A DNA stretch of 60,478 nucleotides, filler included, from Catajapyx aquilonaris (Eukaryota), in NCBI GenBank assembly GCA_000934665.2. It is 2 parts of 2 records of this genome, joined end to end, with 100 filler letters (N's around TTAATTAATTAA, not from the genome) between each part and the next. Parts side by side here need not be neighbours in the genome. Positions count along the whole stretch, not along the records: positions 30,264 to 60,478 come from JYFJ02004676.1; 1 more part is not named here. The stretch is one strand, 5' to 3'. Within the stretch, counting starts at the first letter, position 1, and every line of letters begins with the position of its first letter. Shown here piece after piece: positions 36,078 to 50,014 of this stretch. Under the pieces are notes generated by a model. That model saw only the letters and a list, made by a program, of their open reading frames with translations. It ran no database searches and was not told the origin of the DNA. A program made the position numbers and the translations under genes.

Positions 36078-38728
36078 GTTTTTTTTATACTGTTGACGCC
36101 TGTTGTGTGGCAACCATAATCGAAATGGAGATGTGCGATGATAGGGAACCGCTTCTTCTTCTTCTGCCTAAATTGTTGTTGTTGTGCGACCCCTTCCGCT
36201 TCCGCCCTTTGTCTTATACTGAAGACCTGGCAAACTAAGCAGCCTTCTTTTCTCTTTCCTTCATTCTTCGCACCAGTCCAATCTTCATATCTTCTTCCTG
36301 CCTTGTTTTCTCATTTTGCACGCCCGCAGCAGCCCCCAGCGATCTTCATCTTCACCCGGAGGTATACTCGTCCATCCGAGTAATACCATGACGGAACCAC
36401 CATTTGACAGACTCTAGGAAGAATAATCCGCGCAGTCCAGGAAAAGACCACACGCAATTACAGGTGTCGTACTGGTGGCGCCAGGAGCTGCATGGGGCAA
36501 AAGAGCGAATGGTTGGCGCCTGTCTCCCAGGTCAGGTTTTACATTTGGCGTACAGTACAATGAATGGGAAAGTCGAAGGTCGAACCTAAGGTTTGGGAAG
36601 TCCAGCCCTTATTTTTGATTGATTAGAAAGGTAATAATGTGCGTGTAGGCTATAGCGAAAGTGTGGAGAAAGGGTTTAAACAAAAAACGGGGTCGGAATA
36701 TCCCGAATCTGTGGAGGGGGTCGTGGTGTCAAAGTTCTTAAGGGCACTGTTAAGAAGGTGTTGCCATCTGGCGAGCGGATGAAATGCGACGCAGGTATGT
36801 ATGCAACTAACAAGTTGCCACGCTCTCCCCAAGGCCTCCTTTCCCTACCTGGATGAAGAAGAGAGCGGCAACACTGGTCTGAGACGGAGGTGGTGGAGGA
36901 GGAGGAGGGCAAAAACTTCCTCCAAAGGAGAGTGCAGCAAAATAGTTGCTTTAGCTTCAGCCAGTGAAGGTGCTGTAAAGTGTGTGTGGTGCTTCAGGAG
37001 ATATTATATATACACAACAAATCTGTGCGCGAAGTTTGGTGACGAAGATGCCTCCGAGACTTACTGGTGAGTATCGTACTGTTGCTGAAGAAAACAACAA
37101 TGGCGATTGCTGTTGGGAGTGGTTCCTAAATATTCAACAATGTGTTGTTGTCCCCCCCCCTCCCAATCCCGAAAAAAATGTGGACCAGGAAGAATTTTCT
37201 GGGACATTGGCTTTTGAAGTTGCATGCGTGGAGACTCTCTATTGAGGCCATTTGAAAAGAAGGGGGGTTGCCTTCAGGGTGGGAGTGAGAAATTCCTGAA
37301 GGGGGCTGAAATTTGAGGCTCATTCATTTTTCTTTCTGGGCACCGTCCATCAGACGAGGTCATCTGAGGTCATTAAAGGATAAAATTTGCTGAGGGTTTT
37401 GGTGCGGTGAAGATGAGGTGGTATAGTAGAGAGAGGGTCAACGACCGCTGTCTTTCGCCTGCTTACCTCCTTTCGAGAGGGGTGCAAGATTACTGTACAC
37501 TTCATGCACTCTTTGACACTATTCATTCATTACCTAGTACTCACCCTAGCAAATCATTTGAAAATCATACTATCCGTTATGTAGTTATACCGTACTGCGC
37601 AATATGCAATATCACACCAAAACACTAATTATTTTGTCCCCCCCTCCATACGGTACACTCCCAAGAATCCGGAAACACGTCTGGAAATAACTGAACCGTA
37701 GCTATTGGTATACGTGCATCATGGCCGAAAGTGATTCGGATTGATGAGCACCCTTTGACCCGTGGACATCTTAAAGAGAAGGGATGTCGCCCACATATAT
37801 GCTCAGTGCGCTTCAAGGACATTCGCAAATACTTGCCACACCTTGACAATCCTGCATAAACCTGCGCATTAATTCGCACCTTGAGACTGGTCGTGGCGAT
37901 GACATCTCCATAAGGGTACGGGAAGGAGGTCCCAAAATAATAATAATAAAAAAAGGGACATCCTCTGGCCTCTCTCTGTAGGTTTTCACCTGTGGCGTCA
38001 CTTCCCTTCGCCGGTTGTGCCCTTAATGGTACGTTTCTTCCGTGGATAATTAGCTTGTGCGCAAGGGTTATTGCATCCGTTTCATTTTTGCATGGTTTTT
38101 GCTACGGGGGTGCTGAATGACTGTACTCAATTTATTAGAAGGACATTAATAGTGTCGTACCACAAGCACTGTACTATGTTGACTCAATTTGCATGAATGT
38201 GCTTCATTAGTACACTATGCAGTATATGAATGGCACGTGTGTGTCACAAGCACACCTGATTTTCCGCTACACGCCATAGTTTTCCTTGTTGACTATCTAT
38301 AGTTCTCTGGCATATGAAGGCCACAAGCCTCGAGCGTTATATTCACTGCATGAAGAGTTAGTTCTCAAGAACCTGTCAAATATTGGCAAGGCACGGGTAT
38401 TGTTAACGTGTCAAGAACAAAATCACGTGCGATCGTTTCTCTACAAACTAGTGGAGAAACTCCAATTTTCCCACTACCTGAACTCCTTAACCTAGATGAA
38501 CAGGGCCTGGATGTCACAACATGGCCACACACATTAAATTGAAGCACCCTGTGCAGCCGTATCCTTATCAGTCCTTGCAGGTGAAAGGTGGTAGAGATAT
38601 ATCCCTGTGTAGGTGGCTGTTGAGCGATAAGGTCGTGGATAAGGTTTGTGTGCAGGCTCTCATAGTTGTTTGTTCTTGTATTTTTGGTGGCCCAGGAGGT
38701 GCAGAGTTGGTGAGGTGAGAGCAGGAAG

Positions 38729-41700
38729 ATGCCCTCGGTAGTGCGGCCTCCTAGCCCTCCTTCGCCCGGATATTCGGAAACCTCACAGTGGTCATTAGGA
38801 GAGCCAGTGATGATGAGACCTCAGCATCACCATCAACAACATCGTGCCAGCATCGCCTCATCCAACGGATACTCCTCATCAGGTCGGTATTGCACAAATT
38901 TGACTCCAAGAGTGAGCGCCTCTCTTGGAGGCTAATTTGAGCTTCAACTGGAATAGTCTCGACTAATATTTATTTTGCATGTAAGCCTGTTTATGCAGTA
39001 ATTGAGATAACTCATCACAACTTGCGGTTGAAAGTCATTGAGACAGATGTGCTTTATCATCTGTCCTTCAAGTGGGCGGTATGTCTTCATTCATGTACAG
39101 CCAGTTCCATAATGTTTTACTGGTGCTTCAGGCACTTGGAAATGTTAGGAGGTTTTTTTTTAATAATAAAAAAATCGCCCATTGTATACGCTTTCTTGAG
39201 AGTGAAGAGAAAAGAATTTGATTACTTATGTCGATACCCTATATATTTTCTGTACTACATATTTATGGCCGTGAATAGTGTACGGTATTTCTGGATCACT
39301 TTCCATCGTGCCACCAACCAAGGCTCATATATTAACACAATGCACGAACAATGAATGAATACCATGCCTTCTTTTGTACATTGTCAACCTGAAGAGTTCA
39401 GTGACTGCCTGTGACTTATCGCCATATTACCCGGAAATAGTGCCCAACCCATATTTGTGAACAGGAGACTTCACAGTTATCTTGACATATTGACAGATAT
39501 GTAATCTGCTTGATTGCTGACATTATTAATTTTTAAGTATGTTTAAAGTAATTAGTGGTCATGACTTTTTCATATAATTGTTTGAACTTTATTATTGCAG
39601 GATGGGAGGAGACGGGCAGTACCGGCGGACCTGCTGGTGGTGGGACATACCAACTGGAACATTTGGCGACGTTCACCGTCAGTCCTCCTGTTGGCATAGT
39701 GTTTCCAGCCGATGGCATGAGACGTCTACTCCAACTGGAAAAGTCCAATGGGATTTGGTCCCAGAAGATGCAGATGAGAATGGACCGACGCTGGCTCATC
39801 ATCATGGACTTCGAATCTGGGGTCAGTTTTTTTATGACATTTTTGCATGTCCATGGGTCATTCAGAGGACAGGAAAACCGATGCTTAAAATTATCAGCTT
39901 GTGACGTGTGCGGTCTGATATGACACGTGCTATATACGAAGTGTATAGGAGGACAATATTGCAACAAGAATGTGTCATCCTTTCTCCATAGCTTTTGACC
40001 TCAATTGTAGTGCACGACCAACATTTTTGCCCCTCCAAATTGTTAGAGACATCAACGTAACATTGTTGGAAATCCTGCTGGCTGACAGAAATTAATGGAG
40101 GTCACTGTCCTGCAAGTGCCCATTGAAATTCTTGTCCAACATGTCGGTGGTGTACATCGAAAAAAAAAAATGTAATTCGTAAGCGGACTCATTTTAGGAT
40201 GATAAGTTAACTCGAAAAACTGGTTACGCAGTGAATGGAATGCTTGACCCACCATAATACGTATATACGAAAAACGAATGGAAACACCCTGTTGCCTATA
40301 TTGTTGTTTATCTGCAATGAGGAAAATAGTGAATTACGGCCTCTATTCTGCCACATTTACAGCCCCTCTTATATCTTATCCGAGCTCAGGAAAAACTAGT
40401 CTGCCACCCAAGGTCAATAAGTCACGATTTATGTAATAATGTAGCACACCAGAAAAAAAACAGGACAGGTACACTCGTGACCTCCTGAATAAAAGTTTTG
40501 GCAGTAGTACACCGTAGCCGCACATAGATGACTCGGACAGAGGCACTAGCACGGCAATTAGAGAATTAATACTGTATCTTACATATATCAAACGTAAAGT
40601 TTGTTGGTATGTATGTCACTGCTTCCTAACCCACTTCCGGAGTGCTGAAACTAGGCACACGTACCGCTGATTTAGGGAAAAGTCCGAAAACTGTAATTGT
40701 TCGAGCCTAAATATTCGAAATTTTGGATTTTTTTTCCTGTTTTTGATGGTGTCTTATCTCGGTGACTCATCACCAGCGTTTCCAGTCTGATGTTTGTCCG
40801 ACCTGGTAGTACCTCTACCCGCCCATGCGACTCTGAGTGGCAGGAGTGTACAGAGAGGGAGGGTGCGCCATCTATATATGATACACTATGACATATGATA
40901 TTCCAGGACGTGATGGAGAGGTTTCCAGTGTCGCTGATACGTGAGCCGACTGCCTTCACAAGCAGCGATCCTGGAGAGCTGTACAACAACATCTTGGTGT
41001 TCATAGTGGCCGAGGAAGGACCGACACCCGGAGGAAGCAAGGTTCGCAACCCTGCCGAGATGCACATCTTCCAGTGCTACCATGTGTCGGCCCAGGAGCT
41101 GGTGGAGGAGCTGAAGATGGCCATGGCCGGCCGACTGCCCCAACCCCCTGGTGGACCATCATCATCATCATCATCCGCCCCCAACAGGATCCCACCTCCA
41201 CCTGAAGACTCTCCGCCACACCCTCCCCATCACAACGGAAGCCAACCCTCAACATCATCCGCCGTCAATGTCCGGCAACAAGCCTCAATCTTCGAGAGCC
41301 ACGCACCACGTAAGTATTTTTACCCGATGGTCAACTGTAAATAAGACGAACCGCAGGTTTTTGCACGGCCGATTTGCGATCCGTAATATGCTGTGGTTTA
41401 CGGTATGTTTGCGGTATTCTGGCCCAGCCATTGCACCGTCAGGATCTATGCACACCCACGAGCATGAATGAATTTAGAGAGAACAAAAGGTGGGGGGGAC
41501 ATTCCGGACGAGTCATGCCGGCATTGTCATAAATTTTTAAACAAATTAACAGGCGCAACCGATTGCGCACCACAGTTTGCGCAGCTTGCATGGTTGGAAT
41601 TATCAGATAGTGGTAAATAAGCGCCTCGCTTGTTTCCAACGCTACTCTAGCGGGTAGGACAAAATGGCCGACGGTTTGCGACGTTGCCAAGGCCTCAGAG

Positions 41701-44700
41701 ACTACGAGAAGCGCCGCACTTGTTTCCAACGCTACTGTAAGGGCTTGGGACAAAATGGTTGACGGTTTGCGACGTTGCCAAGGCCTCAGAGACTAAAGCG
41801 CAGCACTTGTTTCCAACGCTACTATATAAGGGGGTAGGACAAAATGGCTAACTGTTTGCGACGTTGTCAAGGCCTTAGAGACTACGAGAGGCACCGCACT
41901 TGTTTCCAACGCTACTATATGAGGGTGGGACATAATGGCTGACAGTTTGCGATATTGCCAAGGCCTCAGGGACTACGAGAAGCGCCGCACTTGTTTCCAA
42001 CGCTACTATAAGAGGGTAGGACAAAATGGCTCACTGTTTGCGACGTTGTCAGGCCTCTGAGACTAAAGCGCCGCACTTGTTTCCAACGCTACTATAAGAG
42101 GGTAGGACAAAATGGCTGACTATTTGCGACGTTGTCAAGGCGGCCTACGAGAAGCACCGCACTTGTTTCCAACGCTACTGTAAGGGAGTGGGACAAAATG
42201 GCAGACGTTTGCGACGTTGTCAAGGCGTTAGAGACTACGAATTATATTTTGGCTCCTGGTGAGTAACTCTGGCAACGTTGGTGACGGAGCTGCGCGAATG
42301 TGGATGCGCATTAGATTGCGCTCGTATTGTAAGCAGTGTACATCGCAGTCCACTTCAGAAGTATGGCAGCAGACCTGAAGCTCAAAATAGCCATCAACAA
42401 GCGTCTGAATTTTGACGCCCGTTGTTACACGGCAGCAATGGAGCGCTCTATACTTTGCGGTCCTTCCTTGAGCATTATTGGCAGGTGTATTTCGAGTGCA
42501 ATTGAAAAGTCTAATCAGGAAATTCACTGTGTGCTATTGTTGGTACTTTCAAGGACACCAATAATGATCAGTTTGGATTTATGCGAAGTGCTAGGTGCAA
42601 TTTCCGGGTAAAATGGTTTCTTCGAAAAGGGTGTGCTGGTCCACCCTGTGTTACGAAAGACACAATTTGGATGAACGAAATTCGTGGTCATGTATCCGTG
42701 TAGAAAAGAGGAGGGAGATGAGGAGAAAGGTGGGGGGGAGAGGAAAGGTGAATATAAAAAAAAAAGAAGAAAAAAAAAATGCCGCTCGCCTTGGCTCTTC
42801 GGTCCACTCGAATTCCTCTGAGTACAGACAGCCTCAGAAGAAAATAACCCACAAAAAAAAGGCGGGGTCCACCTTTTGAGCTGGAGTGTGTTTGGGTGAC
42901 GTCATGCATCGCTGTTGTTGGATTAATATCATAATATTCTTACACATATAAAGCATGAAGTTTCTTGGTATGTATGTCATGGCTACCTAACCCACTTCCG
43001 GACTACTGACGTATTACATGTCGCTGATTCCGGAAAAAGTCCGAAAGCCGCGTTGTTACCGCGACGCTTCAGATTGGCCCAGTTCTGCGCCTGCGCAATG
43101 GTGTGAAGGCAGCGCCTCTGGTGGGTGGGGAGGCGGAACTATCCGATCGCTGTAGACCGGAGGGTGTACTTCGCTCTCCCCCACACCCACGAAGCTATGG
43201 CCCCCACCACCGTAGACCGCAGGTCTAGAAAAAAACAGTTTTTTTCAAGTAAGAATAAAAATGCGACCAGTAATTGCTGATTGTCGAAGTGTTTGACAAT
43301 ACCTGGCTTGATTAAACGATCGTAAACTGGATATGCCATGTGTCCTCTGTATTATTAAAACGGAAGGTTGTATGCAAATCATTGGGGCGTAAATGGAGGC
43401 CGGAAGTTAAAGGGGAGGCGCAGGAATTTCAGCTCTTTTTCCTGTCAGGTGTGCCACCATTTTTAGAACCAAAGTCCTGTAGAGATATAAGTCTAGAGTT
43501 TTGTGTGTGTGACAAAAAAGGTTGGGTAATTAAAATGGGGGAGGGTTTTGCTAATTAGGCGGTAATGAAGGAAATATGTCCATGGGTTGCTTGTGCTGTT
43601 GGGACGATTCGTACGAGGACACCATGACTGAGGAGGATGACGAGGAGGAGGATGGAAGAAGAGCTGTTAGAAGAGTCAGACGGAGGCTGAGGAGATTCTC
43701 TGGGAGTTGGGATGGCTCAGGTGACAATAATTACATGCAACTGTTGGACACTATAGCCTACTTGTGCGATTCGGTGAATTGTGTCTAATTGGGGGTTGTA
43801 AATTAAGATGTTGGCATAAAAGTGGGTTAACAGCTGTCTGTCTGCTGTCATATAATAAAAAATGATGAGGTTCACCTAGTAACCAGGTAGACAAAAATGA
43901 GGCATGTTATGAAACTAGTACAACATTCATATAAATGCAAATATTTAAAATTGAGTCAACAAATAGTACAAACTGAAAATGTATTCATCGAACGTCAGGT
44001 TTCATATTTGCGGATATTAATATTGCATGAACTATCATTTATGACTTATTGTGCGGCCTTTATGATGCTGCTGTATTTGATATGGTTATTGTTCATATCG
44101 GTGAGTGTATATAGACAATGGGAGTCTCTTACAGATGGTTTTCTCCAATTTGGGAAGGAGATGCACTTTCACTGCACATTTCCGCAGTCAGATTTTGAGG
44201 TGAAAACCGTGTGCCGCAATGGTACACATGAATAATTTAAATAGCGCATATAAATTGCAAATGATTTGTGTCCTGGTTCAAGGCCTTGCATTGCTTCAGG
44301 GAAAAGTTGCCATATTTATGTGCATACTTCACATACACTGCTGTCGTAGATATTTACCTAACCTAATTATTAATACAAAGTCCCACATGTAAATGAACTA
44401 CTTCATGTAAATGATCATCGTTAAGTGTGAACGCAACGAGGTACACATGGCAACGTTTGGTCTTTCATCATCGTTGAATATAAAAATAGATGCTTTTCTA
44501 TTAGAGATTTCACAACTGGTTCGCCTCACATCGTCATGATATGTAGTTGAATGCGACTAAAATATAATTATTGAGTCAGGTGATTTAAAAAAAATAATAC
44601 TGCATTATGAGTGTAAATAAGCTGGTGTTTGAACAGAATAATTAGATTTCAATGTCTTTTCCAGATGGAGCACGTGGAGAACAAGACATGGGTAGGGGCC

Positions 44701-47700
44701 ACCTTCGCCGTGGAGGTGGTGGCTCCCCTGACCTGATGCCACCAGCCCCAGGTCACCACTCTGATGCAGCAGGCGAAGAGGATGACAGGGCCAGTTCCAC
44801 ATGCAGCGACAAGTACGAGCGTGATGTGGCCGTACTGAACCGTTGCTTCGATGACATCGAACGCTTCATCGCGCGTCTCCAGCATGCGGCTGCTGCCTTC
44901 CAGGAGTTGGAGAGGCGCCGTAAGACCCGCAAGAGCAAGAAGAAGGACCACGGTGATGGAATGCTGTCCATGAGGGCCAAAGCTCCAGGGGAACGCGAGT
45001 TCATCGACATACTTCAGAAATTCAAGCTGTCGTTCAACCTACTGGCCAAGCTCAAGACCCACATCCATGACCCTAATGCGCCGGAGTTGGTCCACTTCCT
45101 CTTCACACCCTTGGCCCTTATTGTGGATGCGGCCAGGGATTCACACCCAGTGGCCAACCTGCCTCCGAAGGTGGTGGCACCGCTCATGACCCGGGAAGCA
45201 CTTGACCTGCTGCTCAACTGCCTCACCAGCAAGGAGACGGAGCTGTGGCATTCGCTGGGTCCTGCCTGGCTACATGCGAGGTAAGTTGTACAAACTAATG
45301 TGGCACAGTGTAATACATGTGTGTTCTCTTTCCCATGCAGAGACCAGTGGAATAGCTATGTGCCACAATACCAGCCAGTCTTCCTGGACGGCTGGAGCCC
45401 AGACTTCCCTGTGATGGGTGAGGAGCGAGATCGTGCTGGTGTTCTGGGGACTGCAGTGGCATCGGAAGCTAAGAGGACGCGAGGGGATGAGATCCGTGCA
45501 GCACAGCATGAGGTGTGCATTTGTGTCATGTCTAACGCTTTCTGTGTAACCCCCCCGGTTCTCATGGCAAGGATGGTCACCTTTAAGACCGACCCTTTGC
45601 AGGCCGAACTGCGGGAGAAGCAGTACCACCATCGTGGCGAGCGGGATGAATTTTTTGATCTGGACCGCCAGGACAGCAGCCCAGAAGGGAGGCGGTATGG
45701 GTACGACAACCGCAACTATTCATCCAGACATGAGATGCGTCGGGACCGATACGACAGGGAGCGCTCTCACACGCCTGTCTCGGAACAGCAGCACCACCCG
45801 CATCCTAGGGATTCCCGCAGTGACATATCTGCGGACTCCATAGAGCACTTTGGCGACGGTCATCCAGGTCACGGCCATCCCGGCCCTTCACAGCCGAGTC
45901 CGCACCAGCGGGCTTTCGAGAGGTCACAAAGGCAGTGGCTGGAGGAGCTGAAGATGTCCGGCTGCAAGGTGGTGCAGGTCACATATCCACGAACGGCCAA
46001 CAACGACAAGGAGCTGACAGTAATGCGCGGAGAGTACTTACACGTAAGCTGCTTCATGCCATGGTGATATTGTTGAAAGCTAATTGAAAAATGACCGGTA
46101 CAGGTGTTGGACGACAGCCGGAAGTGGTGGAAGGCACGCAACCAGCGAGGCCAAGTAGCGCACGTTCCCCACACAATTGTGTCTCCGCAGTACGCGCCAG
46201 ATCACGATGCTGTGGGATTCCCGCAAAGAGATCGCTTCTCCCAGGTAATGCTGCGGAATAACCTGCACTGGACATGTAAAATTGAAGCATTTTTTTCAAT
46301 TTCCAAAGGATAACAGCAGGGATGCTGATGGGAGCGAGATTGGAGGAGGCGGCGGGAATGGAGGAGGTGCCAGGGGAGGCCCTCCCCGCTCCCCAATCCC
46401 TCCTCCGGCAAGTGCCGAGTGGATCCGGAAGGAGCGGCAGGGCAGGAAAGGTGAATTCAGATACTTCTGAATGTGTTGTGTTAATGTCCTTTTTTTTTTA
46501 CGTGGCCTTGTCCTCCTCATAATTTGAACCGTTGTGTTGTATCGTTTTACTCTTTGTTTTTGTCTCGCCCTATACTTACCTCCGCATGTTTTTTTTGGCT
46601 CACTGTCTCAATATCAGGGAGTTTGGGTGCAAACACCGACACTCTTTGATCCGTAAACTAACGCACTTGAACAATTCCAAAGTTACAGGCATTACGTACA
46701 ATAAGTACAACATGAACCTCACACCTTCAAGTTTTAATTATTTTTTTTGCATGTGTTTTCCTACCAAATACGGCTCAGTAGCATGACTCATCCTCATTAA
46801 CCAAAAAAAAAAAAGTGCTTAATTATTTTTCTTTCAAATCCCCCTCGTTTGACTCCATATCCCCCCCGACAACAAATGCTAATACGACAGGAATTTTGGG
46901 AGATGGTTGACTCTGCTTTTTTTTTTACCTTCCACTTAACTGAAGTTGACTAACACGATTTTTTTTAGTTGGGACTACATTTTTTGCATGCGAAAATTTG
47001 GCAGCGGGTTCTATTTTTTTCATGCCCCCTCCCTCCCTCTCAAAAAAAAATATTATAGGTCGTCCATCCTTGACACAGACGTAATTCCAATTAACATAGA
47101 GTAGCGACACAGACGCGGTTATCTTCTATTCGCATTTTTTTTTTAAAGGCTGTTCACACAAATTATTCACACGTGTGACACGAATTCTTGAAGAAGAAAA
47201 AAAAACATACCCATAAATGTGCCTCTTCCCACCCACTTTGTTAATGTAAAGATTTGTAAAGTATTAGTAAACAAAAATGGTGGAGAAGGATTATAATAGT
47301 TTAATAATCCCAAGATGGCGTGAAGGTGTAATTATTATACTCGCCCTTAATGTGTAAGCAAAAGTTTTGTTTTTTAACCATGCAGGGGTTTTTTTTTTTA
47401 AATGTTTCCAACGATTTTTTGTAATGAGGACATTACTTTTTTTTTTTAAACGATGAATAAAATACCCTTATGAACGATGACAGTTTGTATGTGAATGTAG
47501 AGAAAAGCAGAGTCAGCTCTACCCACTCTCTTGGTATGTGTTGCTTTTTTGGGCGTTACATGTTTGTTGCTTTCTTGTGATTGTAATGATTCTTCTTAGC
47601 ACAATTTATTTTATATAATTGGGGAGTTTAGTGCACCATTGTTGCTTAAAACGTTGACGTTACGAATGGGTGGGGGCAAAAAAAACAAACTGCATGCCAT

Positions 47701-49329
47701 TTTATGCACTGGACGGAAAAAGAATGTACATAAAATTGGCACGGGGTAGTGTGGCAACCAAAGTTTTGAACCGAAAGGGTTTGCAGCACGTAATGAGCCA
47801 GATGACGACTCGGATGAACTGGATGAAAGCGACGAGGTGGACGACGACAGCGATCAGAACAAGGTCGTATCGCAGCCTCCGAGGCCTCCACCTCTGCCTC
47901 CACCGTCGCCTCCTTCGTCCACACCAACCAGTACGCTCGGAGGAGGATCCAAAAGTTCACCCACATCTCGGAAGGGTCGAGCAAATGGTCCGGAAAGAGG
48001 TCAGTTTGGTGGCCGGGTTAATTTTCATAATCATTTCATTCATGCAGAAACAGCCGGAGATTCCACATGTAACACATTGTATGATATCATAACGTATGCG
48101 ACAGCCAATTGTACATATGCGTAACACTACAAGTTCGGTTTTAATATTTTCTCAAAACTCTAGGTTTGGAAGTGATGTCCGCCATGTACGTTATAATCTA
48201 AATCCGAATTGCCTTACAGAGTTCGGATTTGCCATCCGTAAGTTCAATTAATTAGTAGTTTGTACCTGATAGTCCAAACCGCGTAGCTGTTGCAGCGCCA
48301 ATTAATACCACGGCAGCCTGCAAACTTGCAGAGGCATCAGCAAGTTTCAGAAGCAAGCTTACAATTTGTCATAGGAGAGAAAACCGTTTTTGTGTATTCC
48401 GCTTTTCATAGGACACTGAATGCTTGCGATGAACTTGTTTATAATGGCTTGTCCGACCAGTAATGATAACCACTGTCGTAACAAACTAATATCCCGCTGG
48501 GTTTGTTAAAAGTAGGTTTTTTGCCGCCGTGTTGAAGCTTTCCAGTGGAGCTGCCGTAATATCCGTTCTGTCGACGTATTTCATGACACTTGATTGTTTC
48601 CCCAGGAGAGGACGCAGAGATGGTCCAGCAAGAGCTCAAGTACGTGCTGAGCATGTATCGCAAGAAGCCTGCCCTGGAGATCCCCCGGACTCCAGACGTA
48701 TACATCGCACAGCGGTCCAGTACCGAGGATGTACAGGAATGGTTGCGCCAAAAGTCCTTCGGAACCCGAGTCTGCTCTCAGCTTCGGGGAATGAACGGGG
48801 AAGAAATCCTGGCCTTAAGTCGGCAGCAGTTGGAGCAGTATTTCGGAAAAGAGGAAGGACACAGGCTGTATTCACAGTTGACGCTTCAGAGGAATGCGTG
48901 TGGGGTATGTATATACGATTGTTTTCTCGATATGATGTAAACGTGGGTATTGTCTTCCAGTACAAGACGGCCAGGTCATCCGAACTTAGAGCCATTCTGG
49001 CGAAGGCGAGGGTGAAAGCCGAGGGACCATCTCCTTCTCCGCCAGCTCGGCAAAACTCTCACTCTTCCTCTTCCGCTTCCGATGGTAAGCCTTGACGTAC
49101 TTCTCTGTCCTGTCCGCTCAAGTCTGTCCTGTCCGTTATTGGCGTTACCGTGTGGAGCAACCTTGTAGAGAAACTAACCCTCTCTCTTCCATCTTAACAT
49201 TAACCCTTCAAACATGAAGAAAATCTTGAAGACGTCGAAAGCACAGGCTCGGCTGGCGGCCTGAGTGAGCAGTTGCGCAGGCAGCGAGAGCTGATGGGAA
49301 AACGCACGGCGACCGTTCCCTCCACATAA
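38729..49329 (+). CDS. EPS8: Epidermal growth factor receptor kinase substrate 8 (EPS8/arouser): PTB, EGFR-binding region, SH3, SAM-PNT
   Basis: Exons 38729-38882, 39601-39821, 40907-41309, 44665-45280, 45341-45512, 45603-46043, 46104-46244, 46309-46470 (short end GEFRYF*). Long form continues 47778-47999, 48606-48904, 48961-49084, ~49220-49329. Motifs YQLEHLATF, LNRCFDDIE, NAPELVHFLF, DDSRKWWKARN. Confidence 0.93.
40577..40690 (+). mobile_element. Helitron-like 5' end, copy 1
   Basis: TCTTACATATAT...GTTTGTTGGTATGTATGTC...CCTAACCCACTTCCGG, also found at 42937-43050. Confidence 0.4.
41620..42238. repeat. Intronic minisatellite, 7 copies of a ~87-92-bp unit
   Basis: CTTGTTTCCAACGCTACT...GGACAAAATGG...TTTGCGACGTTG.CAAGGC recurs at ~41629, 41719, 41806, 41898, 41990, 42075 and 42162. 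Confidence 0.95.
42937..43050 (+). mobile_element. Helitron-like 5' end, copy 2
   Basis: Diverged copy of 40577-40690. Confidence 0.4.
43576..43720 (+). CDS. Candidate alternative first coding exon of EPS8 (MSMGCLCC...)
   Basis: Open, coding-like GC-rich segment ending CAG|GTGACA in phase 1, compatible with the phase-1 acceptor at 44665. Confidence 0.4.
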
Positions 49330-50014
49330 AGACGAACAATTCTGAAACGTCACACTTTTAAAACATTTCTTGAGCCAGATTTTTAACCCAAGTTCATTCC
49401 ACGTTTCATTGTTGTATGCTGTATAAAGCAGGAGGTTGTTTAATTTTTTTTTTTTCTGGAGCCAAAGAACATGTTACCAAACGAACAAAAAATGATGGAA
49501 GTCACAACTATTTTTTAGGATGCTCAGTAATCCGAAGGGACCAAATAATACGCTAATTTGGGCTGGTGTTATTCTGTACAGAGGGAAATTATTATGGGGA
49601 AATAAAACGTTTCCCGAAAGGCCACATGTAATCTGTTGATTTCATTTTCAAGAAATAAAATGGTATTCTTGTAATATATGCATAAAATATATTTCTCGGC
49701 ATCTAAAAAAAAACATACGGTGGGACAGAGCCGCACCATTTAATCTCACTAATATTCATCTCCATGTGTGGAAAACAGTGGTGGTAAATGCATGGGCAGG
49801 AACGCTGAAGAGATTACACAATGATAATGAGAGTACAGTGCAATTCAATAGTGAAATACGTACGTATTCAGCATAGTAAACTTTCTGTATTCAACAAAAC
49901 GTCTGCAATAATTTAATTGTTGCGGCTAATCTCGTTCGCACTTTTTGAAAGAGATGAGCCGAAAACAATTGCATTACAGACTTGCAGTGCATCTACTCTT
50001 TCGACGACTTCAGA

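Noticed and set aside
41620..42238. CRISPR-like array
   Set aside because: The segments between constant cores are homologous to one another rather than unique spacers. The context is a eukaryotic intron with no cas genes.
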